A stretch of 64,000 nt of DNA from Bacteroidia bacterium (GTDB lineage: Bacteria > Bacteroidota > Bacteroidia > Bacteroidales > VadinHA17), in contig JAPLDX010000056.1 in assembly GCA_026391215.1 (NCBI GenBank), positions 96,001 to 160,000 of the forward strand. The letters run 5' to 3'. The stretch's first letter is position 1. Each line of letters opens with the position of its first letter. The position numbers and the translations under genes are program-made. Below are positions 61,102 through 64,000 of this stretch, piece by piece. The notes below the pieces were generated by a model. That model was given only the letters and a program-made list of their open reading frames with translations. It made no database searches and was not told where the DNA came from.

Positions 61102-62133
61102 ATGGATGAAGAGGAATTAGTTGAGCAGCAGGAACTTTTTGAACATCACAGGTTCAGGATTGATCCGGGACAAACGATGCTCAGGATTGACAAATTCCTC
61201 TTTGACAGGATAGAAAATATTTCGAGAACACGTATCCAGAATGCAGCCAATGCCGGCAACATTCTCGTTAATAATAATCCTGTCAAGCCAAATTACAAGG
61301 TTAAGCCAAATGACATTATACAGATCCTTCTCCCGAATCCGCCAAGAGAAACTGAGATTATACCGGAAAATATTCCAGTTAATATTATATATGAGGATGA
61401 AGATGTTGTGGTTGTAAATAAGGATCCCGGAATGGTTGTGCATCCGGCTTACGGTAATTATACAGGTACACTGGTCAATGCATTAATGTGGCACTTTAAG
61501 GATCTTCCGCTTTTTCAGACAGGAGAGCTCAGACCGGGGCTTGTTCACAGAATAGATAAAGATACATCGGGCATCCTCGTAATAGCAAAAAACGAATTTG
61601 CACTTAACAGGCTTTCAAGGCAGTTCTATGAACGCACAACCGACAGAAAATATATTGCTCTGGTTTGGGGTGTACCGGATCCACGGGAAGGTACAATAAA
61701 GAATAATATCGGGAGGAGTGTCTGCAACAGGAAGGTAATGCAGGTATTCCCGGACGGAAGCAAAGGGAAAACAGCAGTGACCCATTATAAGATCGTTGAG
61801 GATCTTGGTTATATTTCAATGGTTGAATGCAAGCTTGAAACAGGACGCACACACCAGATAAGGGTACATTTCAGCTATATTAAACATCCTCTGTTCAATG
61901 ATGATGAATATGGAGGGGACAGGATACTAAAGGGGACCACATTCAGCAGATACCAGCAATTCATAAGGAATTGTTTTAAGATCCTGCCAAGACAGGCTCT
62001 TCATGCAAAATCTCTGGCTTTCAATCATCCGGTCTCAGGGAAACGCCTTTTCTTCGATTCAGAGCTCCCTGGTGATATGAAACAGGTTATCGAAAAATGG
62101 AGAATATATATTTCTGGAAGAGAAAAAAATTAA
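61102..62133 (+). CDS. rluD: RluA/RluD family pseudouridine synthase
   Basis: S4 domain, NKDPGMVVHP, HRIDKDTSG, ETGRTHQIRVH. Confidence 0.9.
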   Translation: MDEEELVEQQELFEHHRFRIDPGQTMLRIDKFLFDRIENISRTRIQNAANAGNILVNNNPVKPNYKVKPNDIIQILLPNPPRETEIIPENIPVNIIYEDEDVVVVNKDPGMVVHPAYGNYTGTLVNALMWHFKDLPLFQTGELRPGLVHRIDKDTSGILVIAKNEFALNRLSRQFYERTTDRKYIALVWGVPDPREGTIKNNIGRSVCNRKVMQVFPDGSKGKTAVTHYKIVEDLGYISMVECKLETGRTHQIRVHFSYIKHPLFNDDEYGGDRILKGTTFSRYQQFIRNCFKILPRQALHAKSLAFNHPVSGKRLFFDSELPGDMKQVIEKWRIYISGREKN

Positions 62134-62227
62134 CCGCAAAGATCGCAGAGGATTGCAAAGGTCGCAAAGGAAACTGAAGAAGTCTTCTTTGCGTGCTTTG
62201 CGCCTGCTTAGCGTACTTTGCGGTTAA
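62130..62227. repeat. CGCAAAG-type inverted repeat element
   Basis: 12-bp terminal inverted repeats ttaaccgcaaag/ctttgcggttaa, with four (C)GCAAAG-like units facing four CTTTGCG-like units. Confidence 0.85.
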
Positions 62228-62241
62228 ATTACCTTATTCTT

Positions 62242-63048
62242 TTACCAGCTTCCGCCGGCGCCGCCGCCTCCGAAGCTGCCACCGCCAAAGCCTCCGAAAC
62301 CTCCTCCTCCGCCGCCTCCGGAAAATCCGCCCCAGCTGCCACCATGACTGCCACGTCCGGAATTCATCATGGACAGCAGGAGCCAGAGAGGCAATCCTTT
62401 ACCGCTTATATGTCTCTGGTTCTTCCCACCCTTACTCCGCATGGATATAATCATAATAATGATTATTACTATGATGATAAAAGGAACCAGGCCATTAAAA
62501 TCATCCTTGCCTTTTTTGCCATACTGATCTGCTGTGAATTCTCCACTCGCCAGAGCCATCAGGGTTGTCGTAGCTTTATCAAGGCCTCCATAGTAATCCC
62601 CGTTGCGGAATGCCGGAAGTATCTCATCATCAATTATTTCTTCACATAAAAGATCAGGAATAACCCCCTCAAGACCATAACCTGGTGCAATAAATACCTG
62701 TCCTGATGAAGATTCGGTTTTGGATTTGACGAGTACCAGCACACCATTATTAAGACCTTTTTGTCCGATTCCCCATTTTTCAGCAAGGCGAAAGGTATAA
62801 TCAGATCTGTCATATCCGCCAAGATCCTCAACTATCACTATTGCTATCTGGGTGGAAGTAGTATCATTATATGCAACCAGCTTATTTTCAAGCGTTCTGA
62901 CCTCGTTGCTGTTCAGCACTCCTGCAAAATCATTCACAAGACGCGGAGGATAAGGTTTTTCAGGTATATCCTGTGCAGTCAGTATCCCCTCCGACAGTAT
63001 GATCAGGAAAAGAATACGTGATATTGATGAAATTATATTCCTCATCAT
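62242..63048 (-). CDS. TPM domain protein with Gly-rich tail (YgcG-like)
   Basis: VNDFAGVL, WGIGQKGLNNGVL, GYGLEG, GGGSFGGGGAGGSW. Confidence 0.92.
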   Translation of the reverse strand: MMRNIISSISRILFLIILSEGILTAQDIPEKPYPPRLVNDFAGVLNSNEVRTLENKLVAYNDTTSTQIAIVIVEDLGGYDRSDYTFRLAEKWGIGQKGLNNGVLVLVKSKTESSSGQVFIAPGYGLEGVIPDLLCEEIIDDEILPAFRNGDYYGGLDKATTTLMALASGEFTADQYGKKGKDDFNGLVPFIIIVIIIIMIISMRSKGGKNQRHISGKGLPLWLLLSMMNSGRGSHGGSWGGFSGGGGGGGFGGFGGGSFGGGGAGGSW

Positions 63049-63494
63049 CCTATTACTGTATCGTCAAATGAAATGTCGTCAGGCAGCTCGTTGACATCAT
63101 CCTTATGATATGGGAAATGTGATTTTAGCTGCAGACCGGCCATGAGTATTCCTTTAGTAAGACCTTCTGCAAATTTCTCCTCCCGGAAATGCTTTTCCAT
63201 TATATCTTTTATGTTGTCCCAGAAATTTTCAGGCACTTTTGAATTTATTCCATGATCCCCGATCACGGCAAATTTTCTGTTGTCCACAGCAAGGTAAAAT
63301 AAGACGCCATTCCTTTCAGCGGTTTTATCCATCTTTATCTTCTTAAAGATCCATGCTGCCCTGTCAAGGACATCCCCGTCAATATGGGTTTCAATATGTA
63401 CCCTTATCTCTCCGGAAGTCATATTTTCAGCTTCTTTTATAGCTGAAAGTATGTCAGCCTGCTGCTCTTTTGTAAAAAACGATGGGGCCTTCAT
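63045..63494 (-). CDS. TPM domain protein
   Basis: AENMTSGEIRVHIE, RNGVLFYL, GDHGI, NELPD. Confidence 0.9.
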   Translation of the reverse strand: MKAPSFFTKEQQADILSAIKEAENMTSGEIRVHIETHIDGDVLDRAAWIFKKIKMDKTAERNGVLFYLAVDNRKFAVIGDHGINSKVPENFWDNIKDIMEKHFREEKFAEGLTKGILMAGLQLKSHFPYHKDDVNELPDDISFDDTVIG

Positions 63495-63515
63495 TGAATT
63501 TGATAAGGTAAAATA

Positions 63516-64000
63516 TCAGAATTTAACTTCAGGTGCCTTGTCAGCCCCCTCCATCGATTCAAAATAGGGACGGGCCGTAAATCCGAACATGCCTGCAATG
63601 AAATTTTGCGGGAATCTCTTTATGTACACATTGAAAGTCTGAGCAACCTCGTTGAATTTTCTTCTTTCAACTGATATCCTGTTTTCAGTACCTTCAAGTT
63701 CAACCTGAAGATCCCTGAAGTTCTGTGTAGCTTTAAGTTCAGGATATTTCTCAACCACAACCATAAGCCTTGAAAGTGCTGAACTCAGTTCTCCCTGGGC
63801 TTGCACAAACTGCTGCATGTTTTCAGCCGTCATCTTAGTCGGATCCAGTGTTATCTGGGTTGCCTTTGCCCTGGCTTCAATTACCTGTGTAAGAGTCTCC
63901 TGCTCAAATGCCGCAGCTCCTTTTACAGTGTTGACAAAATTCGGAATGAGGTCAGCCCTGCGCTGATATTGTGTCTCAACATTGCCCCACTGGCTTGTAA
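63516..64000 (-). CDS. lemA: LemA family protein (5' end outside window)
   Basis: QWGNVETQYQRRADLIPN (read by hand), YPELKA..F..LQ..LEGTENRI. Confidence 0.95.
   Translation of the reverse strand, partial: TSQWGNVETQYQRRADLIPNFVNTVKGAAAFEQETLTQVIEARAKATQITLDPTKMTAENMQQFVQAQGELSSALSRLMVVVEKYPELKATQNFRDLQVELEGTENRISVERRKFNEVAQTFNVYIKRFPQNFIAGMFGFTARPYFESMEGADKAPEVKF

Noticed and set aside
62218-62649. 143-aa plus-strand Ala/Ser-rich ORF and ccgcc repeats
   Set aside because: Antisense shadow of the Gly-rich tail of the TPM protein.

Overview
Chromosomal window from a Bacteroidota, probably Bacteroidales, genome. The assignment rests on many TAnnTTTG -7 promoter elements, a T9SS C-terminal-domain protein, GldB-like, DUF1573 and DUF5686 proteins and a MurF-Alr fusion. 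Most of the 64 kb is housekeeping: bcp-recA, miaA, smpB, uvrA, lpdA, znuABC, a two-component system, meaB, nadE, tdk, rsmI, dnaB, ispE, acyl-CoA carboxylase, tgt, rsmG, rpmH, mqnE, rluD, TPM/LemA. Two short genes (ferredoxin, rpmH) and the edge-truncated aldo/keto reductase are absent from the ORF track and were read by hand; LemA was extended to the window edge. No rRNA, tRNA, CRISPR array or integrase was seen. Accessory signals: (1) a ~6.8 kb AT-rich island bounded by a 20/23 direct repeat, carrying seven co-oriented predicted lipoproteins followed by a radical SAM/SPASM enzyme of the rSAM/lipoprotein (probable splicease) type; (2) a DUF559 endonuclease gene embedded in three double-hairpin REP-like repeats, two of them identical 62-bp copies, with a related gene-less doublet 15 kb away; (3) three further short repeat families; (4) a 3x GTTAATG operator with 11-bp period linking a two-component system to a divergent secreted protein; (5) a Tat-exported aldo/keto reductase lacking three of four catalytic residues. 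All family assignments come from motif recognition, not database searches.
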